Assembly (NCBI GenBank): GCA_022709905.1
Contig: JAKLHY010000073.1
Coordinates: 1 to 35,035 of the forward strand
Reading direction: 5' to 3'
Length of the DNA: 35,035 nucleotides
Origin: Verrucomicrobiota bacterium
GTDB taxonomy: Bacteria > Verrucomicrobiota > Verrucomicrobiia > Limisphaerales > UBA1319
Below the pieces are notes generated by a model, which was given only the letters and a program-made list of their open reading frames with translations, did no database searches and had not been told where the DNA came from. Numbering within the stretch: position 1 is the stretch's first letter; every line of letters begins with the position of its first letter. Positions 17,291-26,393 of this stretch are shown here, one piece after another. Made by a program: the position numbers and the translations under genes.

Positions 17291-18334
17291 ATGATTCGAC
17301 TTAAAGACATTGCCCAGCAGGCCGGTGTATCCGTCATGACGGTCTCCAAAGTCCTGCGCGACGCTCCGGATATCTCGGCGGAAACCAAGGCTCGCATCCG
17401 TTTGCTGGCCCATCAAATGGGCTACGTCCCGGATATTTTGGCCCAGGGCCTGCGCACCCGAAAAACCAAACTCCTCGGAGCCGTCATTCCCAGCGTCACC
17501 CACCCGGTGTTCGCCCGGGTTTTGCTGGCTATGGAGGATCGGGCGCACACCGCCGGCTACGAGCTGGTCGTGGCCCATACCTTGAGCCAGACCGATCGCG
17601 AGGAACTGGTCATCCGCCGCCTCATCTCCCGCCGAGTCGACGGACTCCTCATCTCCCCTGTTCATCGCCCACATTCCACCGCGGCCGTTTACGAGGAATT
17701 GCAGCGCACCGGCATCCCGACCGTGATCCTGGGGCCGACCACGGCCTTTTGCTCAAGTTTCTCCTGCGTGCAAGGGGATGAATTCCAGGGGGCTTACGCC
17801 TGCACGCGGCACTTGCTGGAATTGGGACATCAGCGAATCGCCTTTTTCTCGGGTCCGAGTCTGCTGTCGTGGTCCCGGGACCGATTGGAGGGTTATCACC
17901 GGGCAATGCGCGATGCCGGGTTGAGCGTCGATGACCGGCTGGTGTTTAACGCCGGCGGATCGATTGAAGAAGGCATCAAAGCGGCGGAACAGATGCTGGC
18001 GGAGGGAGTGCAAGCGACCGCAGTCCAGGCGGTCAATGACCAGGTGGCCATCGGCGCCGCCAACACCTTCTTCCAAAAAGGATGGCAGATTCCAGAAAAC
18101 CTCTCGGTCGCCGGTTTTGGCAATTTTCTCATCAGCGAGTATTACCGTGTGCCCCTCACGACCGTTCGCCAGCCCAAGCACCGTCTCGGCACGGCAGCCA
18201 TGGAGATGTTGCTGCGCTTGATGGGCAGTGAGAAACCTCCGTCTGTCAAGCTGCCCGCCGAACTGATCGTTCGTCAAAGCACCGCCGCTGTCCCTCAGGG
18301 CAATGCGGTTCAATCGGCAGTCGGCTCTTCGTAG
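17291..18334 (+). CDS. LacI/PurR-family transcriptional regulator
   Basis: N-terminal HTH (IRLKDIAQQAGVSVMTVSKVL…) plus a periplasmic-binding-protein-like sugar-binding core. 347 aa. ATG 11 nt after the nadK stop. Confidence 0.85.
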   Translation: MIRLKDIAQQAGVSVMTVSKVLRDAPDISAETKARIRLLAHQMGYVPDILAQGLRTRKTKLLGAVIPSVTHPVFARVLLAMEDRAHTAGYELVVAHTLSQTDREELVIRRLISRRVDGLLISPVHRPHSTAAVYEELQRTGIPTVILGPTTAFCSSFSCVQGDEFQGAYACTRHLLELGHQRIAFFSGPSLLSWSRDRLEGYHRAMRDAGLSVDDRLVFNAGGSIEEGIKAAEQMLAEGVQATAVQAVNDQVAIGAANTFFQKGWQIPENLSVAGFGNFLISEYYRVPLTTVRQPKHRLGTAAMEMLLRLMGSEKPPSVKLPAELIVRQSTAAVPQGNAVQSAVGSS

Positions 18335-18356
18335 CCTTGCCTGAGAGGTGTCTGTC

Positions 18357-20009
18357 TCACGGTCTGGGCAATAAACCGGACACCAGGCGAATAGCATTGA
18401 TGGGATGGTGATCAATCAAGTTGGGATGAATGCCGTCAATCCGTCTTGTATCATAATAATTCATTCCAACATAAAAATAAAGGGGAATAATGGGTAATTC
18501 ACCTGTGACAAGCAATCGCTCCGCCTGTTGGAGCAACTGGGCTCGCTTCCCCTGGTCGAATTCCCGGTTGGCGGCCAGCATGAGACGGTCATAGGTTGAA
18601 TTCTTCCAGCCGGTGCGATTGTTGCCATTCTGGCTCATGAACAGATCCAGGAAGGTGTTGGGATCATTGTAATCCCCGATCCAACTGCTCCAGCAGACGT
18701 CGTATTCCAGGGCGGATTGAGCGTTAAGAAAGACTTTCCATTCCACCTGGCGAAGATCCATGGAAATGCCCAGTTCACTCTTCCACATGGCCTGGAGCTC
18801 GACGGCAATTTTGCCGTGCAACTTGGCCGATCCCCCCGCGGCGGCATTGTAAAGATAATGGAAAACCGGAAATCCCTGCCCGCCCGGATATCCGGCTTCC
18901 GCCAGCAGGACACGGGCAGCCTCAGGATCGTAGGAGAGTCCTTCGGGAGGCGAGTAATGAGCGATGCCCGGAGGGGTCAGGTGCGGCGCCACCTTTTCGC
19001 CCGCCCGCGTAATTTTCCGGGTGATCCGTTCTTTGTCAATGGCCAGGGCCAGAGCCCGCCGAACGCGGGCATCATTGAAAGGCGGGCGCGTGGTGTTCAC
19101 ACGGAGAAAATAGGTGGCCAGGTAATCAAACCGATGAAAGTCCGGGCGCTGGGCCAGGAGATCCACCAATTCGGTTGGAATCAGGCCCTTGTCCCAAACC
19201 ACATCCGCCGCGCCGGTTTCATAAAGGTTTAACGCCGTCGCAGGCGATCCGATCGGAAAGATGTCCACCACTTCGAGCTGCGTGTTGGCCGCGTCCCAAT
19301 AATGCGGATTCTTTCGCAGGCGGACTTTGTCATTGATGCGCCACGCATCCAGCTGATAAGCCCCGCTCACGGAGAGGGGGCGGGCGGTCAACCAACGATC
19401 TCCTAGCCTCTCGATGGTCAGCCTCGGAACCACCGCCAAGGTCTGAAAAGCGCACAAATCCAAGAAAAACGCCGTGGGATGATTCAGCTCAACCCGCAGC
19501 GTTCTGGAATCCAGGGCCCGGACACCCACCTGGGACCGGTCCTTTATTCGTCCGCCGTTGAACGCCTCGGCGTTGGTCAGATAAAACAACTGGCCGGCGT
19601 AATCGGCGGCGGTCTCGGGGGCGAGCACCCGCAACCAGGAATACTCGAAGTCCAACGCCGTAATCGGTTCCCCAGTCGACCAGCAGGCATTGGACCGAAG
19701 ATAAAATGTGTAGACGCAGCCGGTATCCGAAATCTCCCAGCGCTCAGCCAATCCGGGAATCGGAGCGCCCGAGCGGGGATCATTCCGGGTTAATCCCTCA
19801 AACAGCGCACTGACTACACGCAGGTCGGGCTGACCGGTGATAATGGCTGGATCGAGGGATTCAGGCTCGGCGCCGTTGATAATAATCAGATCGGCACGCC
19901 GGTCTGCCTGACGGCAACCTGTCAGTCCGGGCACCAAGACGGACAGAAGAAGCATCCAAAAGAAGAAGTCTTCCGCTTTTCGATACGGATTGAAGCTGCG
20001 CATGGCCAT
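18357..20009 (-). CDS. ABC transporter substrate-binding lipoprotein, family 5 (peptide/oligosaccharide/nickel type)
   Basis: 550 aa. N-terminal lipoprotein signal with lipobox LTGC. SBP_bac_5-like body (…GDYNDPNTFLDLFMSQNGNNRTGWKNSTYD…). An alternative ATG 2 codons downstream gives a better n-region. Confidence 0.8.
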   Translation of the reverse strand: MAMRSFNPYRKAEDFFFWMLLLSVLVPGLTGCRQADRRADLIIINGAEPESLDPAIITGQPDLRVVSALFEGLTRNDPRSGAPIPGLAERWEISDTGCVYTFYLRSNACWSTGEPITALDFEYSWLRVLAPETAADYAGQLFYLTNAEAFNGGRIKDRSQVGVRALDSRTLRVELNHPTAFFLDLCAFQTLAVVPRLTIERLGDRWLTARPLSVSGAYQLDAWRINDKVRLRKNPHYWDAANTQLEVVDIFPIGSPATALNLYETGAADVVWDKGLIPTELVDLLAQRPDFHRFDYLATYFLRVNTTRPPFNDARVRRALALAIDKERITRKITRAGEKVAPHLTPPGIAHYSPPEGLSYDPEAARVLLAEAGYPGGQGFPVFHYLYNAAAGGSAKLHGKIAVELQAMWKSELGISMDLRQVEWKVFLNAQSALEYDVCWSSWIGDYNDPNTFLDLFMSQNGNNRTGWKNSTYDRLMLAANREFDQGKRAQLLQQAERLLVTGELPIIPLYFYVGMNYYDTRRIDGIHPNLIDHHPINAIRLVSGLLPRP

Positions 20010-20067
20010 GTCAGATCCGGAGGTTCCAGGCCTGACTGCCCGCCGCCGGCACCCATCCGGCGGGGAA

Positions 20068-20093
20068 ATCCGGCCCGGTTATTTCTGGGCCGG
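20068..20093 (-). terminator. Possible stem-loop (TCCGGCCC-N10-GGGCCGGA) overlapping the secG stop; weak U-tract
   Basis: An 8-bp GC stem read directly. The downstream T-run on the minus strand is short (TTT). Confidence 0.25.
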
Positions 20094-20489
20094 AGTATTG
20101 GTCGAGACCGAATTGGTCCGCGCCGATTCCACGACATTAGTCGTCACCAGACTCTGCAAGACATTGCTGGCCCCGGTGGCGGCGGCAGGGACAGGAGTTG
20201 CGGCTTGCTGCTGCAACGCCTGACGCACCCGGGTATCGCTCTTGTGAACGCGCTTCGAGATAATCACGGACAGGCCAAACGCCAGGACAAAAAAGACCAC
20301 CGCCGCATACTTGGTCATCTTGGTCAGCGCATTGCCGCCTCCGGCGCCAAACAAGGCGTCGGTGGCTGCCCCGCCAAACGCTTGTCCAACTCCAGCTTCC
20401 TTTTTGGGCAGCTGGATCAGAATCAGCAGCATGAGCAGGAGACTGTCCAGCACCAGAACAGCCGTGAGAACTCCGATGATAAAACCCAT
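20079..20489 (-). CDS. secG: Preprotein translocase subunit SecG
   Basis: Two TM helices flanking a Gly-rich loop (…LPKKEAGVGQAFGGAATDALFGAGGGNALTKMTKYAAVVFFVLAFGL…). Its position immediately downstream of tpiA matches the conserved tpiA-secG arrangement. Confidence 0.8.
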   Translation of the reverse strand: MGFIIGVLTAVLVLDSLLLMLLILIQLPKKEAGVGQAFGGAATDALFGAGGGNALTKMTKYAAVVFFVLAFGLSVIISKRVHKSDTRVRQALQQQAATPVPAAATGASNVLQSLVTTNVVESARTNSVSTNTPAQK

Positions 20490-20504
20490 AATGAACCCGA
20501 TGAA

Positions 20505-21269
20505 TTAAATGCTGTTTTTGACGATATCGGCAAAGCTGCGAATCTCGAGTGACGCGCCGCCCACCAGCGCTCCGTCCACATCCGCTTGCGTCATCAACTC
20601 GCGGGCGTTCGAAGGCTTGACGCTGCCGCCGTAAAGAATGCGCACCCTTCGGGCGACGGCCTCCTCAAAGAGGTTCGTCAATTCCTTGCGAATGAAGGCA
20701 TGGACACTTTGGGCCTGCTCCGTCGTGGCGGTCCTGCCCGTTCCAATAGCCCAAACCGGTTCATAAGCAATGATGGTTTCCTCCATCTGGCTCCGATTCA
20801 GTCCCGCGAGGCTCTCCCGGACCTGCGCGCCAACCACCGTCTCGGTCTGGCCGGCTTCGCGCTCCTGAAGGGTTTCCCCCACGCAGACAATGGGCTTCAG
20901 CGAGGCGGCATGCGCCGCCAGCGCCTTTTTCGCAATCAACGCGCTGGATTCCTTCTGATACTGCCGGCGTTCCGAATGCCCCAGGATCACGTAGCGCACC
21001 GAAAATTCCTTCAACATGCCAGCGGTGATTTCGCCCGTGTAAGCCCCAAAACCGTGCTCGCTCATGGTCTGGGCGCCCAGGCGGATGTTGGAATCCAAAA
21101 TCGCCCGGGACACTTCGTGCAAGGCTGTAAAAGGCGGGCAGACGACAATGTCCACCTCTTTAATGTTGGCCAACTCGCGCCGAAGGCCCTGCACCAAATC
21201 CAAGGCCTCCGCCACGGTCTTGTTCATCTTCCAGTTTCCGGCAATCAGTAGTTTGCGTTCTTTGTCCAT
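20505..21269 (-). CDS. tpiA: Triose-phosphate isomerase
   Basis: Canonical N-terminus KLLIAGNWKMN and catalytic-loop motifs (…GHSERR…, AYEPVWAIGTG). The ATG at 21267-21269 (MDKERKLL…) is the likely start. The longest ORF begins at a TTG at 21303-21305 abutting the pgk stop. Confidence 0.9.
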   Translation of the reverse strand: MDKERKLLIAGNWKMNKTVAEALDLVQGLRRELANIKEVDIVVCPPFTALHEVSRAILDSNIRLGAQTMSEHGFGAYTGEITAGMLKEFSVRYVILGHSERRQYQKESSALIAKKALAAHAASLKPIVCVGETLQEREAGQTETVVGAQVRESLAGLNRSQMEETIIAYEPVWAIGTGRTATTEQAQSVHAFIRKELTNLFEEAVARRVRILYGGSVKPSNARELMTQADVDGALVGGASLEIRSFADIVKNSI

Positions 21270-21305
21270 GGTTGTTCTTCCCGTAATGCTTCGATTCGAA
21301 TCCAA

Positions 21306-22562
21306 TCAACGTTCTGTCAGCGCAGCCACTCCGGGCAGGATTTTGCCCTCGAGAAACTCGAGGCTGGCGCCGCCACCCGTGCTCATGAAAGTCACTTGAT
21401 TTCCCAACTTGGCTTTGTTCAAAGCCTTGACACTGTCCCCACCGCCGATGATGCTCTTGGCCCCGTGCTTTTGGGTTGCCTCGGCTACTGCCTGGGCCAC
21501 GCCAAAGGTGCCCGCGGCAAACCGCTTGTCCTCGAACATGCCCATCGGACCGTTCCAGAGGATGGTCTTCGCCTCCAGGACCTCAGCGCTGTAGGCCTGG
21601 GTCGTGGCTGGGCCTACATCCAAGCCCGCGGCGTGATCCGGCACATCCTGGCTGGCGTTCACTGTCGGATTCTGCCAGTCAATAATCGGCTTGCCTTTCT
21701 TATCCAACTGGCTGGTCTTCACAGGCTCGGCGACCACATCGTCCACCGGCAGCAGAAACTTGACACCCCGGGCCGCGGCTTTCTTCAGGGCGGATTGGGC
21801 CACCTCCACCTTGTCGGGTTCCACCAACGATTTGCCGGTCTTTCGGCCTTGGGCCAAACGGAACGTGTAGGCCATGGCGCCACCAATCAAAATGGCATCC
21901 GCCTTTTCCAAAAGCCGGTCGATCACCGTGATTTTGTCCGAAACCTTCGCCCCCCCCAGGATGACGACAAACGGGCGAGCCGGCTCTTCAAGTTCTTCTC
22001 CCAGAAACTTCAGCTCACGTTCCATCAGCAAACCGGCCGCGCAAACGCCGCCGCGCTTGGCGACAATACGCGCCACACCTTCTGTCGAGGCATGAGCTCG
22101 GTGCGCGGAGCCAAATGCGTCGTTGACATACACCTCGGCCACCTCGGCCATCTGTTCCGCAAACACTGGATCGTTCGCCTCTTCCTCGCTGTAATAACGG
22201 ACGTTTTCCAGCAGCAACAAATCCCCGGCCTTCATCTGCGAGGCGGCCCGCGTGACTTCGGGCCCCTTGCAGTCCTCCACAAAAGCGACAGGACGGCCCA
22301 TCAACTCCGAGAGCTTGCCCGCCACCGGCCGGAGAGACATCGAGGGCTCCCGCTTGCCCTTGGGCCGACCCAGATGGGCCGCCAAGAGGATCTTCGCCCC
22401 TTTTTGAATGAGCAGATTGAGCGTCGGAAGGGTCTCCCGAATCCGCGTGTCGTCATTGATGACCATCTGGCCATCCTTCTCCTCCATGGGCACATTGTAA
22501 TCGACGCGCACAAAGACGCGCTTGTCCCGGACCTCGATATCGTTGACCGTTAGTTTTGCCAT
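21306..22562 (-). CDS. pgk: Phosphoglycerate kinase
   Basis: Full-length 418-aa Pgk (MAKLTVNDIEVRDKRVFVRVDYNVP…, GGGASLE…). ATG at 22560-22562. Confidence 0.95.
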   Translation of the reverse strand: MAKLTVNDIEVRDKRVFVRVDYNVPMEEKDGQMVINDDTRIRETLPTLNLLIQKGAKILLAAHLGRPKGKREPSMSLRPVAGKLSELMGRPVAFVEDCKGPEVTRAASQMKAGDLLLLENVRYYSEEEANDPVFAEQMAEVAEVYVNDAFGSAHRAHASTEGVARIVAKRGGVCAAGLLMERELKFLGEELEEPARPFVVILGGAKVSDKITVIDRLLEKADAILIGGAMAYTFRLAQGRKTGKSLVEPDKVEVAQSALKKAAARGVKFLLPVDDVVAEPVKTSQLDKKGKPIIDWQNPTVNASQDVPDHAAGLDVGPATTQAYSAEVLEAKTILWNGPMGMFEDKRFAAGTFGVAQAVAEATQKHGAKSIIGGGDSVKALNKAKLGNQVTFMSTGGGASLEFLEGKILPGVAALTER

Positions 22563-22624
22563 ATCAAATCACCGTAAGCGCCAAGCATACCGAAGTCGGC
22601 TTTCGAGTCAAAGAGGAATTATTT

Positions 22625-22676
22625 CCGCCAAAACCGCAAATAAGATGCTTCGAAAAAATCGTTTGATTTGCGGTTC
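22625..22676. other. Inverted repeat AAACCGCAAAT…ATTTGCGGTT (hairpin with ~24-nt loop) between the M50 protease 3' end and the pgk 5' end
   Basis: Read directly. Could be a terminator for the M50 gene or a pgk regulatory element. The 17-mer AACCGCAAATCAAACGA also occurs at 7648-7664 in the opposite orientation. Confidence 0.4.
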
Positions 22677-22723
22677 AGGATTTCCGTTGCGCGGCCACGC
22701 GGCCACAACAGCCTCCTCGCGTT

Positions 22724-23383
22724 TCAAGCCCTGGGAAATCCCAGGATGGCTGCCATCACCTGCAAGGTCCCAAAAGTCGCCGCAACCATGAACTGGTTTA
22801 CCAACGGAATCTGAATCGCCAGGATCACAAGAAAGAAACCGAACTGGGAATAACGAAAATAAGTCTCGTCCCGCATGCCAATCAGGTTCTTGAGGGCATG
22901 GGAACCGTCCAGAGGTGGAATCGGCAGGAGATTGAAGAAACAGAGGAATAAACTGAGCATCGCAACCCGAAGCAGCACTTCATCCATGGCCTCAACCTGG
23001 AACAAGTTGGCCGCCCGAAGCACCGCCAACAAAGCCAGGGCAAGCAACACATTCATCATAGGCCCGGCCAGCGCAACCAGGGTATCGTCCCGCCGGCGAT
23101 GACGCAGATTGCCAAGGTCCACCGGCACCGGCTTTCCCCAGCCAATAATGAAGCCGGCGAGCCTGGAATCCGATGCGGCAAGAAAAACAGCCACCAGGGG
23201 AAGAATCACCGTGCCCACCAAATCCATATGGACAGCCGGATTCAGCGAAACCCGGCCTTGAAGACGGGCCGTGTCGTCCCCGCACTTCCAGGCCACCCAG
23301 GCGTGCGCAAACTCGTGAAAGGTCAGGATGGGCAGGAAACACACGTAGGTGACCAGACCATCCAGCAAATGCTTCGGATCCAT
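22724..23383 (-). CDS. M50-family (site-2 protease-like) membrane zinc metalloprotease
   Basis: HExxH inside a TM helix (LTFHEFAHAWVAW). Multiple TM segments. The ~220-aa size is typical of COG1994-type small M50 peptidases. Confidence 0.75.
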   Translation of the reverse strand: MDPKHLLDGLVTYVCFLPILTFHEFAHAWVAWKCGDDTARLQGRVSLNPAVHMDLVGTVILPLVAVFLAASDSRLAGFIIGWGKPVPVDLGNLRHRRRDDTLVALAGPMMNVLLALALLAVLRAANLFQVEAMDEVLLRVAMLSLFLCFFNLLPIPPLDGSHALKNLIGMRDETYFRYSQFGFFLVILAIQIPLVNQFMVAATFGTLQVMAAILGFPRA

Positions 23384-23481
23384 CTCGGGGAAGGTAAGCG
23401 CAGATGCCCCCTTCGCAAAGCGAAAAAAAGAGGAGCCACGAAGGCTCCTCTGTTGAGAACCGAAAAATGCCCGTTCCGATC

Positions 23482-24924
23482 TTAGAAGGTCAGGTAGATT
23501 TCCGCCCGGGTGAACATCCCATCGTTGTCATAAACATCTTCATCGTAGAAATCGCCCGGGATGAAATAGTCCATCATAAAACGGACCATGAGATGGCTGT
23601 TGTGAGTGTAGCGGACCATGCTGCGGAAGAGGTGGCCTTTAAAGCTCCCGCTGTCGAATCCCTCGCGGTCCTCATAGCTCTCCGCGGCAAACAATGCCGA
23701 GTAATCGTTCACCCAGTCCACTTTCTTGAACGGCTTCATGCTCCAATTGACATTCGGCCGGATCAGGTTCGACCAATAGGCGGGCTTTCCATACTCGGTG
23801 GTGTTAAACACCAGGAATTCGCTCCATTGCGGCCATCGGCCCCAAAGGGGATCAAACGCATTACTATCGTCATCGTCCCCATCGTCATCCCCGGACAAAT
23901 ACTCCACCCCCACTTGCAGGCTGTTGTTCAGGGAGTCCTGGAACGAATACTTGGCATTCGCGATGGCGCCAAAAGCCAGGACATCCTGATCGTTCAACTC
24001 GCCAAATTCGGGTGCGAACTGGCCGGAGATCGTCCATTTGTCCGTCGGCTTGACCTCAGCGCGGGCCCCAAATGCGAAGATGTCGCCATCCGTTCCGCCG
24101 GCGAGTTCCGCATTGCGATGCGAGTAAATGAAAAATCCATCCAATTGAGTTTTTTCCACTGATTTGTTGGAAACATACAGGATGACGCCCCGCTCGTCCT
24201 GCTCGCTGACATAATGCCGGAAATCCTGCTCGTTAATCGGCGGCAGCCAGGCGTCCTCTTCCGCGGACTGATCGATGTAGATCGCATTGACCACCGTCTT
24301 GGCGTCTTTCCAGTCAAAGGTCAGCCGGGCCGCATCAAAGTAATGCGTCCGCGATCCGTCTCGGGGAGTGCCATCGCCAATCAGCCAGCCGTCGCCAAAC
24401 TCAAATCGCGGTCCAACCATGAAATCCTGCCGACCAATGGTCATCGTCAGTGGCATATCGGCCGGCTTGATCTTCACATTGAACGTGTCCGGAATGAACT
24501 CGTCCAACTCGAAATCCTCCATCTGCTGGGTGCGCCCCTTGTAGCCGTAAACGTTGTACTCCTCCTCGGGCTTGAACCAATACCGGGGTTCCCAGGTTAA
24601 ACGCGCGTTAAAGTCCACTTGCTCAATGGGACTGAGAGTCGTCCATACCCGCGCCCGAAATCGAAAATAATTCATCTCGTTGCGTTCGCCCTCCCGCGTC
24701 AGGTTCGGATTCATGACATACTCGTGACGCAACCGCAAATCGGCGCCCCAGGTCATCCAGTCTACCGGGTGCTTTACATCCTTAATCCACTGTTCGGTCG
24801 GCGATAAATTTTGTGGGGCGCTTGCTGCTGCCGCCGCGGTTTGAGCTGAAGCGCTCACCGCCGCCGCCAGCGCACAACTGCCTGCGACACAAAAGCCTGC
24901 GAGTCGGTTTAAGTCTTGCTTCAT
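23482..24924 (-). CDS. Putative outer-membrane beta-barrel protein (porin/export-channel-like)
   Basis: Sec signal peptide (…AAAVSASA|QT). Alternating amphipathic beta-strand pattern, an acidic Asp-rich loop and a C-terminal aromatic (…AEIYLTF) typical of OM beta-barrels. Confidence 0.6.
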   Translation of the reverse strand: MKQDLNRLAGFCVAGSCALAAAVSASAQTAAAAASAPQNLSPTEQWIKDVKHPVDWMTWGADLRLRHEYVMNPNLTREGERNEMNYFRFRARVWTTLSPIEQVDFNARLTWEPRYWFKPEEEYNVYGYKGRTQQMEDFELDEFIPDTFNVKIKPADMPLTMTIGRQDFMVGPRFEFGDGWLIGDGTPRDGSRTHYFDAARLTFDWKDAKTVVNAIYIDQSAEEDAWLPPINEQDFRHYVSEQDERGVILYVSNKSVEKTQLDGFFIYSHRNAELAGGTDGDIFAFGARAEVKPTDKWTISGQFAPEFGELNDQDVLAFGAIANAKYSFQDSLNNSLQVGVEYLSGDDDGDDDDSNAFDPLWGRWPQWSEFLVFNTTEYGKPAYWSNLIRPNVNWSMKPFKKVDWVNDYSALFAAESYEDREGFDSGSFKGHLFRSMVRYTHNSHLMVRFMMDYFIPGDFYDEDVYDNDGMFTRAEIYLTF

Positions 24925-25128
24925 GTGAGTCGATCGATTGGGTTAATGTCGTTGTGAATCCCCGTCAGTAGGGCACCCTCGCGATGGATCTTGCCTCTGA
25001 GTGCGGGCACCGTCTTCCGACCAAAGGATTCCGTCTCACCATGTACTAAGTTTTTCTAATTCTGGCAAACGTTTTTCCTACATTTTTGCCGGGCAGCAGG
25101 ATCCCATGCCGATCAGACTCCATGCCCT

Positions 25129-25809
25129 TCATTCTGCGGGCAACACCTCGGCCAGCATTTCCAGCTCGGTCAAAATCTGCCGGACCGCCTGCGGATCCTG
25201 GGCGGAATTGTGGCCCGTTTTCAAGGCCTTGAGAAGACCTTCGGCGCCCATCGCCGCCGCGCTTTCGGCCAAACCGGCCAGATCGATAGCCGGCAGGAGC
25301 TCGGCCGTGCCTTGCACGCTTTGCTGGATCAATCCATGTTGGCCTCGAACCAATTCGGAAAACTTGGCCACCATTCGAGCGCAGGCCTCTTGATCGACTC
25401 CGTATTTTTTCATCAGTTGATCCGAGGTCCAAAATAAGGATCGATCGGGGGGAAGAAGCTCGGCCACTTTCTGCAGCAAGGCGGCGCACTGGATCGGTTT
25501 GAGGAGATAGTGCCGGCAACCCAACTCGGCCGCTTGCCGGACGTGCCCGACATCCGAATGGCAGGTGCAGATCACAACGGGCACCACCGCCCACTTTGGA
25601 GTCTTCTTCATCCATTGGATGAGCTCAAAGCCTCCCATCCGGGGCATATTCAGGTCGGTGATGACCAACTGAATCTCCGGACGTTCATCCATGCACCAAA
25701 TGGCCTCTTCGCCGTTCCTGGCGAAGACGGTCTGGTACCTGTTGCGGTTGAGGTGAAAACCGATCAGCTCAGCGGATATTTCGTTGTCTTCAACAATTAG
25801 AACGCTCAT
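25129..25809 (-). CDS. Response regulator: CheY-like receiver domain plus a C-terminal ~100-aa helical (Hpt-like, apparently His-less) domain
   Basis: REC hallmarks present (VEDNE…, phospho-acceptor ITDLNMP, T in VVICT, K in YLLKP). The C-terminus …AGLAESAAAMGAEGLLKALK resembles the Hpt AHxLKGSxxxxGA signature, but the His position is Gly. The ATG at 25807-25809 is preceded by AAAGGA. Confidence 0.75.
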   Translation of the reverse strand: MSVLIVEDNEISAELIGFHLNRNRYQTVFARNGEEAIWCMDERPEIQLVITDLNMPRMGGFELIQWMKKTPKWAVVPVVICTCHSDVGHVRQAAELGCRHYLLKPIQCAALLQKVAELLPPDRSLFWTSDQLMKKYGVDQEACARMVAKFSELVRGQHGLIQQSVQGTAELLPAIDLAGLAESAAAMGAEGLLKALKTGHNSAQDPQAVRQILTELEMLAEVLPAE

Positions 25810-26393
25810 ATTTTGATCCTTTCCCGGGGTCTTTCCGAAGCCGGCAAACCATGCCAAGCCAAACAAGGATCAGCCCCCCCCCAGAGGTGGAAAGAGTCAA
25901 GCCTCTCATTATTCCATCTTAAAACTTTGCTATTCAATAAGTTGCTTATGATTTCTCCACCAAATCAGCACCCTCCCCTTTCTACAAGCGGGCTCTGCCA
26001 AAGGACTGCGGGAAACGATATCGCGTCATTGCCTTTCTATCGGCATCCGAGGGGTCTGGCTTAAGCAGAAACTCGAAAAACCATCCATCATGGACCGCTG
26101 GAAAACCTGGACATGAGGCAACCCTGGGGTCATCATCGACGCCCTAGAATCATCGGGCAGTGGTCCTACGACCCTAAGTGGATGTTTTGGAGGCGGCAGT
26201 CTCGATAAGGCCGGAAGAGGTTGTGGCGATCACGATTACAAAGGAAAGCTCGGTCTGTAGGAGCCAGGGCGTTACCGATCCTTGTATTAATAAACGCGAT
26301 AGCTAAGCCGACCACACGGGTATGTCCCCGTCGAAGGCTTGGCCTGGATGCCGTCGAGCATCGGATTTGGGCTTTAAAATGCGGGGGGATGGC

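Noticed and set aside
21396-22553. 385-aa plus-strand ORF antisense to pgk, and 20586..21251 antisense to tpiA
   Set aside because: pgk and tpiA are unambiguous. The antisense ORFs have no start context and are rich in Arg, His, Gly and Leu.
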